64,000 nucleotides of DNA from Alphaproteobacteria bacterium. GTDB lineage: Bacteria; Pseudomonadota; Alphaproteobacteria; JBFXJJ01. The notes beneath the pieces are model-generated. The model searched no databases and had not been told where the DNA came from. It worked only from the letters and a program-made list of their open reading frames with translations. A program made the position numbers and the translations under genes. The DNA lies in assembly GCA_050175015.1 (NCBI GenBank), contig JBFXJJ010000001.1, forward strand, positions 64,001 to 128,000, in the 5' to 3' direction. Of this stretch, positions 32,143 to 43,232 are shown piece after piece (the stretch's first letter is position 1; every line of letters starts with the position of its first letter).

Positions 32143-33478
32143 TTAATTTTCTTTTCAATGCTAAATAAACTACCGAAATTGAACATAACGCTAAAGATGC
32201 CGAGCCTATTGTAGTTGCCCACGCAATTCCCTGTCCACCTAATAATGCCCCTAACTTAAATGATAAATAAGCCTGAATGGCAACAGAAATTATTGTTAAT
32301 ATACTTATTGTACCATTCATTCGCATCGCAGCTAGAGCTTTGGTTCCCAAAATAGCAATTAGTGCAAAAGGAATCTGCATAAAATATGCCTTTTGAATTG
32401 GACTGACAATAATGCTGGCTGCGTCATCAAAAGCCCCTCTTCTATAAAAAATAAAAATTATAAAATCTGATAAAAAGAATAAGACTGATGCTAGTGCTAA
32501 ACCCGATAAAAACAAAATTACGGTTATTTTTTTAAGGCTATGCATACAATATGAAAAGTTCTTAGCTCCAATCATTGCAGAAAAATAGGGAAGAACTGTA
32601 ATTCCAACTGCTGTTACTAATATTCCATAAATTGCGGTAGGAAGCCTGTAACCATAACCTAAGGCGGCTACCGTTCCGCTTGATAGGGAGGCGGCTATCG
32701 ATCTTTCAATAAGCTGCCCTAAAGAAAAAACCACATATCCTGGTAATATCGCCAAAATCCCAATATAAATATCTTTCTTTATAACTTTGCCAAGCTTAAC
32801 CAGAGCTATCATTTTATCTTTAATCAAAATAAGATTTAAAACAACAAACTCTAATGCGGTTCCAATTACTAATGCCCATACTAAAACTTCCCAAACAGTT
32901 TTATCCATCTGGAAAAATATAATAAGTATGGCAACAATCGGCGTCGTTATAGGCAAGAGTCCATTGAGCCAGAAACGTCCCTGCGATTGCATAACGCCAT
33001 AAGCAAGCAGGTTAATTCCATTAAAGAAATAATATGGAATTAACAGGAATAAAGCCTTTTTTAATAACGTTATCTTCTCTGGGCTAAAGCCTGACGCTAA
33101 AAAAGGAAGTGTAAAATCTATTCCTGATATAAATAAAAATAAAGCAAGGGTTATAAAAATAAGACTTATTGCCAGAATAAAGCTATAGACTTCAGCCTGC
33201 ATTCTATGATTTTTAGTCGCCGATATTTGCGAAATCAAAATGGTCTGAGTCGAATTAATAATAACGCTTAAAGGAAAACCGATAATGACAAACGCTAGAA
33301 GATAAATATCTAAGTCTTCGCTTAAGCCAAAGGCATAGGCTACCACAACTTCTTTCAAAAACCCTATTATTTTAGCTAAAAGAGAGGCGTTAGCTGCAAC
33401 GATAGAGGAATAAGCAAGCGTTCTTAATGGTGATTTGCCTACAAATTTTTCTATTTTATCTTTTAAAACAGAAAGCAT
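32120..33478 (-). CDS. MurJ/MviN-like MOP-family polysaccharide flippase
   Basis: AKIIGFLKEVVVAYAFG, LGYGYRL, RRGAFD; many TM segments. Confidence 0.85.
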   Translation of the reverse strand: MLSVLKDKIEKFVGKSPLRTLAYSSIVAANASLLAKIIGFLKEVVVAYAFGLSEDLDIYLLAFVIIGFPLSVIINSTQTILISQISATKNHRMQAEVYSFILAISLIFITLALFLFISGIDFTLPFLASGFSPEKITLLKKALFLLIPYYFFNGINLLAYGVMQSQGRFWLNGLLPITTPIVAILIIFFQMDKTVWEVLVWALVIGTALEFVVLNLILIKDKMIALVKLGKVIKKDIYIGILAILPGYVVFSLGQLIERSIAASLSSGTVAALGYGYRLPTAIYGILVTAVGITVLPYFSAMIGAKNFSYCMHSLKKITVILFLSGLALASVLFFLSDFIIFIFYRRGAFDDAASIIVSPIQKAYFMQIPFALIAILGTKALAAMRMNGTISILTIISVAIQAYLSFKLGALLGGQGIAWATTIGSASLALCSISVVYLALKRKLNEKSLFV

Positions 33479-34011
33479 TACATCTTATCACATTCAACAT
33501 TAAGACTAATCAAGGTTCCGTTTTCTTTATCCATATGAGGGATATAAGCTTGGGAGTAGTCATCGACATCAGCGTGTTCGGTCTTGCGCCAGTCATAAAG
33601 ACGGACATTACCAAAACCTGCATTCTCAAGTTCTTTTTTGAGCGATTTAAAATCAAAAATGTTATAGTGGATATTATAAAGGTAATCCTGTCTGCCAAAA
33701 ATTGGTCCCATCACCATATTGATGTCGTCATACTTTGTGTAGATTTCACATAGTTTTTTAAAATCTGGAACCGCAATTCTTAGAACTCCGCCTTTTTTCA
33801 TAACACGGCGCCATTCTTCTAAAACTCTTGGCAAATCTTTTCTTTTAAAATGTTCTAAAACGTGGCAGGTATATATTAATTCTACCGTTTCATCTTGAAT
33901 AAAAGAAAGAGTGTCAATCGTTGCAACGTGATCTATATGAGGATAGTCAACCGCATCAATATGAATAAAACCCTCAATAAACCTTTTTCCGCAGCCAAGA
34001 TGCAACTTCAT
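33478..34011 (-). CDS. Small SAM-dependent methyltransferase domain protein
   Basis: KLHLGCG, HVLEHF, LRIAVPD; start reassigned to the MKLHLG ATG with GGAG RBS. Confidence 0.85.
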   Translation of the reverse strand: MKLHLGCGKRFIEGFIHIDAVDYPHIDHVATIDTLSFIQDETVELIYTCHVLEHFKRKDLPRVLEEWRRVMKKGGVLRIAVPDFKKLCEIYTKYDDINMVMGPIFGRQDYLYNIHYNIFDFKSLKKELENAGFGNVRLYDWRKTEHADVDDYSQAYIPHMDKENGTLISLNVECDKM

Positions 34012-34101
34012 TATTATATCTCCTAAATATTTAATCATAAATTTAGGAAAATATTACAAAACTAGGCTGGTAATGTAAATTGATATTTGGCAGCTTAAAA
34101 A

Positions 34102-35220
34102 TTAAATGCTCTGATAGTATTTATTATAATTATCGATACATTTTACCAATGAGTATTCATTTTTAATTCTGAGGACAGCCTTACTGCCAAAATCTGCATT
34201 TAGAGCTTTATCCGAAAGCTGCATAATTGCTTCTGCCATTTTTACGGGATCTTTAATAGGAACTGTTATTCCTGTATCTTTTACAATCTCTTTTGCATCG
34301 CCAACATCTGTGGTTACGCAAGGAACTCCACAAGCCATCGCCTCCCCAAGAACATTAGGAAAGCCTTCACCAAAAATTGATGACAAACAAAGAACGTCAA
34401 AAGCTCCATAGATTAATGACAGATCCAAACATTCTCCTAAAAGAAAGGTTTTATTCGATAGTTTAGAATTTTCTATTTCGTTTTTTAAATCTAAATTATC
34501 GTTATCGACACCTTTGCCAATAAGAACAAAAACCGCATTGGGCAGTTGTTGAGATACAATCTCACAAGCCTTAACAAAACTAAAATGGTCTTTCATAGGA
34601 TCAAAACGGGCAATATGACCAATAATAAAAGCATCATCTGCAAGTTTTAAATCTGTTTTAAGCTTGGCTTGTGCTTTTTCTCTCGTTTGATACTTTGCCA
34701 TATCAAAACCATTGGGAAAATATATCCAGTTGCTATTTTTATAGCCTATTTTCTGGTGAAATGCTTTGCCAGAATATGAATTAAAGATTATCGCTTCAGG
34801 ATAATGTGATAAAAAGACTAAAGCTTTTAAAATAATTTTAGAAATTAAGCTGTATTTGCTCATATCCATATTGGAACAACGGATATTCCATAAAATATGC
34901 TTGATACCGCATAACTTTCCGACAATAAGTCCCAAGAAATCGGCGTGATAAAGCCACGTCTGTAAAATATCAGGCTTTTCTTTCTTTAGAATTGATATAA
35001 GATTTAAAACAGGTTTCAAAGAAAGTGATTTTTTCTTCATATTAAGAGTATAAACTTTAACACCTAAATCTTCCAATTTACTGCCAAAAACACCTTTGTC
35101 CATCATACTTATAACAATATGAGTAAGCTCTTTATTATCAGAATTCGAAGCGAAATTAAAAAGAGTCTTTTCGGCTCCTCCCGTATTCAAACCCGTAATT
35201 AAATGTATTACTTTTTTCAT
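34102..35220 (-). CDS. GT4-family glycosyltransferase
   Basis: GGAEK, ARFDPMKD, EGFPNVLGEAMACG. Confidence 0.92.
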   Translation of the reverse strand: MKKVIHLITGLNTGGAEKTLFNFASNSDNKELTHIVISMMDKGVFGSKLEDLGVKVYTLNMKKKSLSLKPVLNLISILKKEKPDILQTWLYHADFLGLIVGKLCGIKHILWNIRCSNMDMSKYSLISKIILKALVFLSHYPEAIIFNSYSGKAFHQKIGYKNSNWIYFPNGFDMAKYQTREKAQAKLKTDLKLADDAFIIGHIARFDPMKDHFSFVKACEIVSQQLPNAVFVLIGKGVDNDNLDLKNEIENSKLSNKTFLLGECLDLSLIYGAFDVLCLSSIFGEGFPNVLGEAMACGVPCVTTDVGDAKEIVKDTGITVPIKDPVKMAEAIMQLSDKALNADFGSKAVLRIKNEYSLVKCIDNYNKYYQSI

Positions 35221-35456
35221 TATAAAAGTTCACAGTGAATCTAAATTGGAAAAAAAATGCTTAAATCAAATTTGAAATATATAACAAATAGAACAAATAT
35301 TAAAACAAATTTTTACTAAAATCTTATATCGCGCACATAATAGAAGCTCCTGAGCAGAAACTTATCTAAGAAGTGGGACTTTGAGCAAAGCTTTAGCCTA
35401 ACACTCTAGAGGTATATGTTTATTAACTTGTATAAATGGGAATAATTTTTTCGGTT

Positions 35457-36419
35457 TTATTTTAAAAATTGATTGATAGCTGTAATAATCGCAGGTCCTA
35501 AAATAATGATAAATAAGACAGGAAGAAAAAACAAAATCATTGGAACTGTAAGTTTTGCAGGTAGAGAACCCGCTTTTTTTTCAGCAAAAGACATTCTGCT
35601 CTCGCGGCTTTCTTGAGACACAACTCTTAAAGCCGTAGCAAGCGGAGTTCCATATTTTTCTGATTGAACAAGAGCTGTTGCTAAAGATCTTGCGGCTTGC
35701 AATCCTGTTCTTTTAAAAAGATTTTCGTAAGCCGTCCTTCTTTCTGGCAAAAAGGAAAGCTCAGCCGAAGTAAGGGCTATTTCTTCTGCTAATGCTGGTG
35801 AAGTTTCGATTAAATCATTAGATACTCTGACAAAAGATGCTTCAGCAGAAAGACCCGCCTCAACGCATATTAACAATAAATCCAAGGCATCAGGAAAAGC
35901 TCTTTTCAACTCCTGTTGTCTTTTCTGGATATTATTACTAATTAATGTCCCAGGTATATAAAAACCAATCGCCCCAGCTAGCATTAATAACAATAATTTA
36001 GGAAAAAAAGATATTTTTAAAATTATCATAAGAAAGAAAACTAATGAAAAAGGAAGAGCAATTCTTATAAACATAAAGGTAATAACTGCAGATTGATTTC
36101 TAATACCTGCTTGGACAAGTTTTTCCTTTATTTCTCTGGTAGTATTTTGATTTTGAAGTTTTAGGTAATCCAAAATATTACTCATAAAACTAACTTGGCT
36201 GCTCTTTTTTTGCCGCAAGGTTTTTTGTTCAGCTAATCGTTCTATTTGTTGTTTTTGAAGCTCTTCTCGTTTAAGGGCTACACTTTTTAACCTTGCCGAA
36301 ACTTTGTCTTTATTAAACAACGGCTCAACCAAAGCTAAAAGCGTTACTAACCCGCCTAGCAAAGCCAAAACAACCGTTAAAATGTTTAAAATTTCATTGT
36401 TCATAATCTTAAAAATCAA
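35457..36419 (-). CDS. tadC: Tad pilus inner-membrane protein TadC
   Basis: T2SSF domain FPDALDLLLICVEAG, QSEKYGTP, KLTVPMILFFLP. Confidence 0.93.
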   Translation of the reverse strand: MIFKIMNNEILNILTVVLALLGGLVTLLALVEPLFNKDKVSARLKSVALKREELQKQQIERLAEQKTLRQKKSSQVSFMSNILDYLKLQNQNTTREIKEKLVQAGIRNQSAVITFMFIRIALPFSLVFFLMIILKISFFPKLLLLMLAGAIGFYIPGTLISNNIQKRQQELKRAFPDALDLLLICVEAGLSAEASFVRVSNDLIETSPALAEEIALTSAELSFLPERRTAYENLFKRTGLQAARSLATALVQSEKYGTPLATALRVVSQESRESRMSFAEKKAGSLPAKLTVPMILFFLPVLFIIILGPAIITAINQFLK

Positions 36420-37377
36420 AATTTATCATATTTTTCATAACTAAAGTGCCGATTATCATCCAAATAGCACCACAAATCAGCATAACATGTCCTATAGTTT
36501 CTTCGAAAAGAATGCCAACATAATCAGGAGCAATTATCTTTAAAATAACTATCATAAAAAAAGGAAGAGAGCCAATTATCATTGCCGAAGCTTTAGCTTC
36601 GCTTGATAAGGCTTGGATTTTATCTTTCATCTTTTTGCGTCCACGCAAAACATCTGAGAGTTTTTCAAGCGTTTCTGCAAGATTACCACCAGTTTGTTGT
36701 TGAATAGTAATAACAACAGAGAAAAAACGAAAATCATCAGTTGGCATTCTTTCTAATGCTCTTTGCATAATTTCATTTATTGTAAGCCCTATTTTCTGCC
36801 CTTCAACAATCAATCTAAATTCCTGACCTACAGGATCTGGCATTTCCTTGCCTATCATTTTGATACATTCACCAACAGGAAGACCAGACCGAATACCTCT
36901 AACAATTATATCTATGGCATCGGCAAAATTACTGGTAAAAGCTTTTTGTCTTTTAAAACATCTTTTTTTCAAATATCTTTTTGGAAATCCGAAAGTCGAA
37001 TAGAACCATATTAAACAAGCAACAAAACTAAAACCTTTGATTGCTACCCATAAACCTGTTACTAACAGACCAAATAATATTGAAAGAAGCCAAAAATGCA
37101 AAGGGGATATTTTTAAATTCGCCTGCATCAAAAGACTTTTTATTGAATGCTTACTGTTTGGCTTTTGGGTGTCTTCTAATTGTTTTAGATTATCTTGAAT
37201 TTTTTTACGCCGATAACTATTAGTATCAAATACCTTATCATCTTTGACATTTTTTTTGCCCACTATTATTTCTAGACGTTTTTGCAAATTTTGCTGTTTA
37301 TCATATTTGTTAGCAAGCAAAAAAGTGATACCAAATATAGCAATAATCGTTATTAAAAATGTTAAAAGATAAAACAT
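36409..37377 (-). CDS. tadB: Tad pilus inner-membrane protein TadB
   Basis: DAIDIIVRGIRSGLP, QQQTGGNLAE, ALSSEAKASA. Confidence 0.93.
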   Translation of the reverse strand: MFYLLTFLITIIAIFGITFLLANKYDKQQNLQKRLEIIVGKKNVKDDKVFDTNSYRRKKIQDNLKQLEDTQKPNSKHSIKSLLMQANLKISPLHFWLLSILFGLLVTGLWVAIKGFSFVACLIWFYSTFGFPKRYLKKRCFKRQKAFTSNFADAIDIIVRGIRSGLPVGECIKMIGKEMPDPVGQEFRLIVEGQKIGLTINEIMQRALERMPTDDFRFFSVVITIQQQTGGNLAETLEKLSDVLRGRKKMKDKIQALSSEAKASAMIIGSLPFFMIVILKIIAPDYVGILFEETIGHVMLICGAIWMIIGTLVMKNMINFDF

Positions 37378-37378
37378 T

Positions 37379-38803
37379 CTATATTCCTGATTGATTAAGG
37401 GCTTCTGCTAATTTTAATTCTAGTCCAAAATACTTCGCACTATCCCAAAACTTTGGTTTGATACCTGTTGCCACATGCCTGCCAAATATTTTTCCGTTTT
37501 CATCTTCTCCTTGGATTTCATATACAAATATATCCTGCAGAACGACAACCTCACCCTCCATGCCTACGACTTCAGTTATATGAGTGATTTTTCTTGAACC
37601 GTCTCTAAGTCTAGCCGCTTGAATAATAACATTTACCGCTCCTGCTATTTGTTCACGAACAGCTTTAGTCGGCATATTAAAACCACCCATAGCAATCATA
37701 TTCTCGATACGTGAAATTGCTTCTCGTGGATTATTAGCGTGAATAGTTCCCATTGACCCATCATGACCAGTATTCATAGCTTGGAGCAAATCAAAAGCTT
37801 CTGGTCCACGAACTTCGCCCACAACAATTCTTTCTGGACGCATACGCAGACAGTTTCTTACTAAATCACGCATAGTGATTTCACCTGCTCCTTCAAGATT
37901 AGGAGGACGAGTTTCAAGCCTAACAACGTGAGGCTGTTGTAACTGGAGTTCCGCAGAATCCTCACAAGTAATGGTTCGTTCTTTGGGGTCAATAAAACTG
38001 GTTAGAGCATTTAAGAGTGTCGTTTTGCCGCTGCCTGTTCCTCCAGAAATAATAGTATTAATGCGGCTTGCCCCAATAACCTCCAAAAGAGTTGCTCCCT
38101 GCTTAGTTATTGAGCCAAACTCAACCAAATTTTTGAGTTTCAATTTGTCTTTTTTAAATTTACGAATAGTAAGTGTTGGGCCATCAATGGACAATGGCGG
38201 AGCAATAACGTTGACACGAGAACCGTCCAAAAGCCTAGCGTCACAAATAGGATTAGCTTCATCAACACGTCTTCCGACAGCACTAACAATACGTTGACAG
38301 ATGTTCATTAGCTGGGCATTGTCACGAAAGTTTATATTCGTTAATTCAATTTTGCCATTGGTTTCAATGTAAACTTTGCCCGCACCGTTAACCATAATGT
38401 CAGCAATATCATCTCTTTCTAAAAGCGGTTCTAAAGGCCCTAGGCCTAAAACATCATTACAGATATCAACAATAACCTGATTTTGTTCAGCAGCACTCAA
38501 AACAAAAGAGCGCATACTTATAATTTCAGAAACGATATCAGATATTTCTTCTCTTACCTGCTCTTGATTAAGTTTGGCAAGATCAACAAGATCAACTGAA
38601 TTTATAAGATCGGAAAAAACGCTGATTTTGATTTCACTAAGCCTATTATCTATTTTAATCTTAGAACTTTCATTATTATCGATAACAATAGATGGTTCTA
38701 CTGGGTTTTTTTCCTCTTCTAATAAGACAATATCTTTCTTTTCGTCATCAATCGGCGATATTTTTTTTACTTTCTCTGGCGCTTCTTTTCGTTTTCCGAA
38801 CAT
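37379..38803 (-). CDS. cpaF: Tad pilus assembly ATPase CpaF/TadA
   Basis: [41 protein letters not shown]. Confidence 0.96.
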   Translation of the reverse strand: MFGKRKEAPEKVKKISPIDDEKKDIVLLEEEKNPVEPSIVIDNNESSKIKIDNRLSEIKISVFSDLINSVDLVDLAKLNQEQVREEISDIVSEIISMRSFVLSAAEQNQVIVDICNDVLGLGPLEPLLERDDIADIMVNGAGKVYIETNGKIELTNINFRDNAQLMNICQRIVSAVGRRVDEANPICDARLLDGSRVNVIAPPLSIDGPTLTIRKFKKDKLKLKNLVEFGSITKQGATLLEVIGASRINTIISGGTGSGKTTLLNALTSFIDPKERTITCEDSAELQLQQPHVVRLETRPPNLEGAGEITMRDLVRNCLRMRPERIVVGEVRGPEAFDLLQAMNTGHDGSMGTIHANNPREAISRIENMIAMGGFNMPTKAVREQIAGAVNVIIQAARLRDGSRKITHITEVVGMEGEVVVLQDIFVYEIQGEDENGKIFGRHVATGIKPKFWDSAKYFGLELKLAEALNQSGI

Positions 38804-38811
38804 CTTTTAAA

Positions 38812-40023
38812 TCACATTTTTTTAATAGGTGTTTTCAACCATTTTAACAAAGTATTGATTTTTGTTTCTTGTTGTTTTTCTATTTTTATATCCCAACCAG
38901 ATATTTTACTGGTAAGCTCTTTTAAAAGCAAACTAGTATCATTGTTAGGATCCATCTCGCAAATCATTTGCCCGTTATTATTGGCTTCGCCAAAGACATC
39001 AGGAACATAAGGCATTGTCATTAAGGGCTGCACACCCAAAGTTTCACTGAAATCTTTTTCTGAAAGCTGCGTCTTTCTATTAGAATCATATTGATTGAAA
39101 ACCAACTTGAAAGGTTTCTTTTCTCTAGTTTTATCAATAATATCCTTAATGTTTTTAATGTTTCTAAAACTGGTAAGATCTGGAGTTGCAACGATAACAG
39201 CTTCATCAGAATCAATTAAGGTTTGATATATCCAAGCTTCATAGTTATGGGGCAAATCAAGAATAACGATATCAGCCATCTGACGAAGCATATCAATAAT
39301 CTTATCTAAAACTTCAATACTTATCTTAACATTATTAGAAAAATTAGCTGGAGAACCTAATATCATAAGATAATCGTCGTAATGTATCATAATCTTTTCA
39401 AGCAAATCTTGATCCAGCCTATTAGGCTGCATAATAGCATCAACAATAGTTTGCTTAACATCAAGATTGAAAGCAAAGGCTGCTGTTCCAAAAAAGATGT
39501 CTGTATCAACTAAAATAACATCATCTTTTTTCTCGTGGCTTAGTATCCAAGCAACATTATGAGCAAGGCAACTGGAACCAACTCCTCCTCTTGCACCATA
39601 AAAACTGATAAGCTTACCTTTAGGCATAGAATCTGGTCTTGAAAAAACCGTTTCTATTCTATTAATTAAATCATCAAAAGAAAGAGGATACGTGAAATAT
39701 TCGGTAACACCTTCAGAAATAAGTTTACGATATAAATTTATGTCATTTAATTTGCCAACAATAATAACTTTGGTGTTGGGTGAACAAAATTCTGCAAACT
39801 TCTCAAGATAAGAAAGCATTTTGTTATCATCTTCTTCTTTTTCTTCTAAAATAACTAAATCAGGAGTTTCTTTATCTTTGTAATATTCAACCGCAGCAAT
39901 AAGCCCGCCTTTATGAAAATTAATTGTTGAATATGATAACAATTTATTTTTATGAGCTTTTTCTACTTCTAACTTTGTTTGTTCGTTCAAATAAAAAACA
40001 TCTATTTTTAATCGTAATATCAC
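38812..40023 (-). CDS. cpaE: Pilus assembly protein CpaE/TadZ
   Basis: Receiver-like N-terminus plus MinD-like domain with degenerate P-loop GARGGVGSS. Confidence 0.9.
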   Translation of the reverse strand: MILRLKIDVFYLNEQTKLEVEKAHKNKLLSYSTINFHKGGLIAAVEYYKDKETPDLVILEEKEEDDNKMLSYLEKFAEFCSPNTKVIIVGKLNDINLYRKLISEGVTEYFTYPLSFDDLINRIETVFSRPDSMPKGKLISFYGARGGVGSSCLAHNVAWILSHEKKDDVILVDTDIFFGTAAFAFNLDVKQTIVDAIMQPNRLDQDLLEKIMIHYDDYLMILGSPANFSNNVKISIEVLDKIIDMLRQMADIVILDLPHNYEAWIYQTLIDSDEAVIVATPDLTSFRNIKNIKDIIDKTREKKPFKLVFNQYDSNRKTQLSEKDFSETLGVQPLMTMPYVPDVFGEANNNGQMICEMDPNNDTSLLLKELTSKISGWDIKIEKQQETKINTLLKWLKTPIKKM

Positions 40024-40046
40024 TTTTGGTTTGTCCTGTTAAATTT

Positions 40047-40688
40047 TTAATTTATTAAAGAAGCCTCTACTTCTGACTCTGAATTAGTCTCTTCTCCTGC
40101 CTCATATTTCCTTATGATTGTCTCTCCTCTAACCGCTGAACGAGGTGAGCTTGGTCTTTGTTCAATTAAATCTTTAGGATTAGAAACCATTAAACCAATA
40201 TTGTGCTGCGTGGCACAGCCAAAATTAGGGTGCTGAAGATTAGGATTATATGATTCCCACCTTCCGCAATCAGGCAATTTGGCGTTATATATAATAAATT
40301 TAATATATGAATACTTTGTTTTTTCTAACGATTGAGATTCTACTGGCAATAAATTAAGTATTATTTTTTCTGATGTTATGCCTTGTTCTTCAAGAACTTC
40401 AGCAAGTTTAGCCGCCTTTAGATAAGCTGCGCTATCAGATTCACCTGAGACAAACGTTGTAAAAACCTCAATATTGCCATCACCTTTGGTAAGATAATCC
40501 TTAATATTGGTTTCAATTTTGGCAACCGATTGCTCGCTTATCTCTCCATTTTCGTTAATATCAATTTTGAGCGTGACTTCATTAGGCTCAACTGTGATAG
40601 GATGTTCCGTGCGATAATCATAGATATTCTTACAAGAAGCACTAAGAAAAATTATAAATATCAGCATAAATACTTTTGAGTTTTTCAT
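40047..40688 (-). CDS. cpaD: Pilus biogenesis lipoprotein CpaD
   Basis: Lipobox SASC; NFGCATQHNIGLMVSNPKDL. Confidence 0.88.
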   Translation of the reverse strand: MKNSKVFMLIFIIFLSASCKNIYDYRTEHPITVEPNEVTLKIDINENGEISEQSVAKIETNIKDYLTKGDGNIEVFTTFVSGESDSAAYLKAAKLAEVLEEQGITSEKIILNLLPVESQSLEKTKYSYIKFIIYNAKLPDCGRWESYNPNLQHPNFGCATQHNIGLMVSNPKDLIEQRPSSPRSAVRGETIIRKYEAGEETNSESEVEASLIN

Positions 40689-40699
40689 AAACAGCTCCT

Positions 40700-42262
40700 T
40701 TAACGCATACTATAACCAATAGGACCCTTTAACGCACCCTTTATCAGTTTGCTATTTTTATCGCGATAGGTCTTATATAAACCGCCAAGCAAGAGTCTGT
40801 TTAGGTCCCCGGCTGGAACAAAGCCATCTGACGGGCTGGCAAATTCATTTTCGCTTCTAGGTTCAACAATGTAACCGCTAATTGTAACAACCAATTCTGT
40901 TTCATTTTTACGGAAGGACTGCGAACGAAACAACGCTCCCAAAATAGGAATGTTCTGAATACCTGGAACTCCTCCCGAATTATTTATCGTATCATTCTGT
41001 AGAAGCCCACCTATCATTAAACTTCCGCCGCTTGGAATTTCTACGGTTGTTCCAAATCTTCTGGTATTCATAGTAGGAACCGTTGCTCCAGATATAACTT
41101 CTAAATCAGCAATAGAACTTACTTCTGTTGAAAGTTTAAGACTAATCCTGCCAGAACTTAAAATAACAGGAGTAAAAGCAAGACTTATACCATACGGTTT
41201 AAAAGTGAAGGTTACATTTCCCTCTTGATCAAAAACAGGAATTGGATACTCGCCGCCAGCTAGGAGATCTGCTTTCTCTCCAGAAACCGCCGTTAGGTTT
41301 GGTTCCGCAAGAGTTTTTATTAATCCTTGGGTTTCAAGAGCCTGCATAACGGCACTGAAACTTCCTTTGCTGAGGGTAGCACCATAAAGAGAATTAACAC
41401 CAAGTCCACCAGCAGATAAGCCTGTATTTGTTACTCCAGCCCAATTTAAAAGCCAACTATTTTTATTTTGATTAAAACTGGTATTCAAGCCAAACTCTTT
41501 AAGAACGCTTCTCTGCATCTCAGCAACACGAACTTTTAATAAAACCTGCTGTTCATCTTTAATCCCAAGCATATTAACAATTTTTTCAGTTGTAACAAAG
41601 TTATTAGCAACTTGAATAACGTTTTTAGCAATAGCGTCAGAACTTACAGAACCTGAAATTACCAAACTATCTTTGGTTGATAGAACGTCGATTTTTTCTT
41701 CAGGAAAAAGTTTTTTATAAATACCAGCTAAAGATTCAGAACTAACATTAACGCTAACATTAAATCTCGTCAGAATTTTACTGCTGCCATCAAGTAAAAT
41801 AACATTAGTATCGCCAATGCCTGTGCCATTTAAATAAGCCAGATTTTTATTAACAATTTTAATATCAGCAACAGCAGGGTTGGCAATAATAATCTCTCTA
41901 GTTTCGGGATTGATATTAATGACTTCTGAGTTACCAACGGCAATATTTAAAGCTATCGCATTCTTTGAAGAATCCTGTTGTAATTGAACTTTGCGGTTTA
42001 TTTTTTTATACGGAGCCTTCTGACTATTGAGAATAAGATTTAAGTCGCTGTCCAAAATTATACTTTTAGCATCTTGCAAAGAACCTTCTTCAATCTTAAT
42101 AGAGGGGTGAGCTTTTGGTTTAATCTTAGCTTCTTCAGATTCTTCGTTGTTTGATTTTAACTTTGAAAAAAAGCTAAAAAAACCGCCTTCTGACTCTGCA
42201 AAAGCACAGGGACTAAACAAAAAGCTTAACAACAAAGCTATTAATAAAATTTTGTTTTTCAT
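40700..42262 (-). CDS. cpaC: Tad secretin CpaC/RcpA
   Basis: QQVLLKVRVAE, LAEPNLTAVSG, GGEYPIP, IPILGALFRS. Confidence 0.95.
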   Translation of the reverse strand: MKNKILLIALLLSFLFSPCAFAESEGGFFSFFSKLKSNNEESEEAKIKPKAHPSIKIEEGSLQDAKSIILDSDLNLILNSQKAPYKKINRKVQLQQDSSKNAIALNIAVGNSEVININPETREIIIANPAVADIKIVNKNLAYLNGTGIGDTNVILLDGSSKILTRFNVSVNVSSESLAGIYKKLFPEEKIDVLSTKDSLVISGSVSSDAIAKNVIQVANNFVTTEKIVNMLGIKDEQQVLLKVRVAEMQRSVLKEFGLNTSFNQNKNSWLLNWAGVTNTGLSAGGLGVNSLYGATLSKGSFSAVMQALETQGLIKTLAEPNLTAVSGEKADLLAGGEYPIPVFDQEGNVTFTFKPYGISLAFTPVILSSGRISLKLSTEVSSIADLEVISGATVPTMNTRRFGTTVEIPSGGSLMIGGLLQNDTINNSGGVPGIQNIPILGALFRSQSFRKNETELVVTISGYIVEPRSENEFASPSDGFVPAGDLNRLLLGGLYKTYRDKNSKLIKGALKGPIGYSMR

Positions 42263-42278
42263 TATGACTCCATTGAAT

Positions 42279-43178
42279 TTATTGAGTAATAATTTCTTTA
42301 CCGCGATAAATCTTTATATTGTTATTATTAGAAACAGGAGCTTTTTTAATTTCGTTTTTTACAAAACTTCCTCTTATCATCGCACTTAGAAGATTACTTG
42401 CATCTAAATCGCCAGTAAAAGCTTTATTTTGGTAAACGTTTTCTTCCTTAACTAAAGGCCTTAAAACAAAAGTAAGATCACCCATCTTTTGAGCTACAGC
42501 CAAAATTTCAGCTTCTTGAGGTGTAACCTCAAGAGTAAGACTTTTTGCCGTAGTTTTCTTCTTATCTTTTGCGGTCTCTTCTTTTTCTTTAGTTTTTGTC
42601 ATTTTACTATCAACAGCTAAAACTTTTATACTTGTTAAAATCGTTTCGCTAAAATTCTTATAAGCTAGAGCTCCTTGCTTTTGCTGCTCAACATTTTGCC
42701 CCACTAGACGACCAACTAAAACAACATCAACCAGATCTCCTGGAGAAATAAAACCTGTCATTCCGGATTGTAAAGAAACAGGCACGCCATAAGCTCTTTT
42801 GCCAGTAGCAATCATTCCCGACATAACGCTGGATTTTTCGGGATTAAACGTTCTTTGCTTTATAATAATCTCGTTTTCAAAAAAATCTGTTTTAGCAACC
42901 CGCCCTATAAAATAATCAAATTTATCTTTTTCACCGCCAGATATAAAATCACTGCCAACACTTTTTTTAGGCCAATCCTGCCACCTGATGTCATTATCTT
43001 TTATAGTTTCTCCTGCGGCTATATTCCTATTTGCAACCAAGACTTTCTCTATAGAGCTAGAAATGGTTTTTTCTCTTGATATATCTTGGTTTTGTTTGAT
43101 TGCTTTACGAGCCATCAAAGCTGCAGCACCAGAAAAAACAATTGCTAATAAAATTAAAATAAAAGTAATAGGTCTCAT
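42279..43178 (-). CDS. cpaB: Flp pilus assembly protein CpaB
   Basis: SAF domain, GFISPGDLVDV, TLEVTPQEAE. Confidence 0.92.
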   Translation of the reverse strand: MRPITFILILLAIVFSGAAALMARKAIKQNQDISREKTISSSIEKVLVANRNIAAGETIKDNDIRWQDWPKKSVGSDFISGGEKDKFDYFIGRVAKTDFFENEIIIKQRTFNPEKSSVMSGMIATGKRAYGVPVSLQSGMTGFISPGDLVDVVLVGRLVGQNVEQQKQGALAYKNFSETILTSIKVLAVDSKMTKTKEKEETAKDKKKTTAKSLTLEVTPQEAEILAVAQKMGDLTFVLRPLVKEENVYQNKAFTGDLDASNLLSAMIRGSFVKNEIKKAPVSNNNNIKIYRGKEIITQ

Positions 43179-43232
43179 TAACTATGGTTCCTAAAATTTA
43201 AAACGAGTATGGATAATATAGTCTTTAATCAA

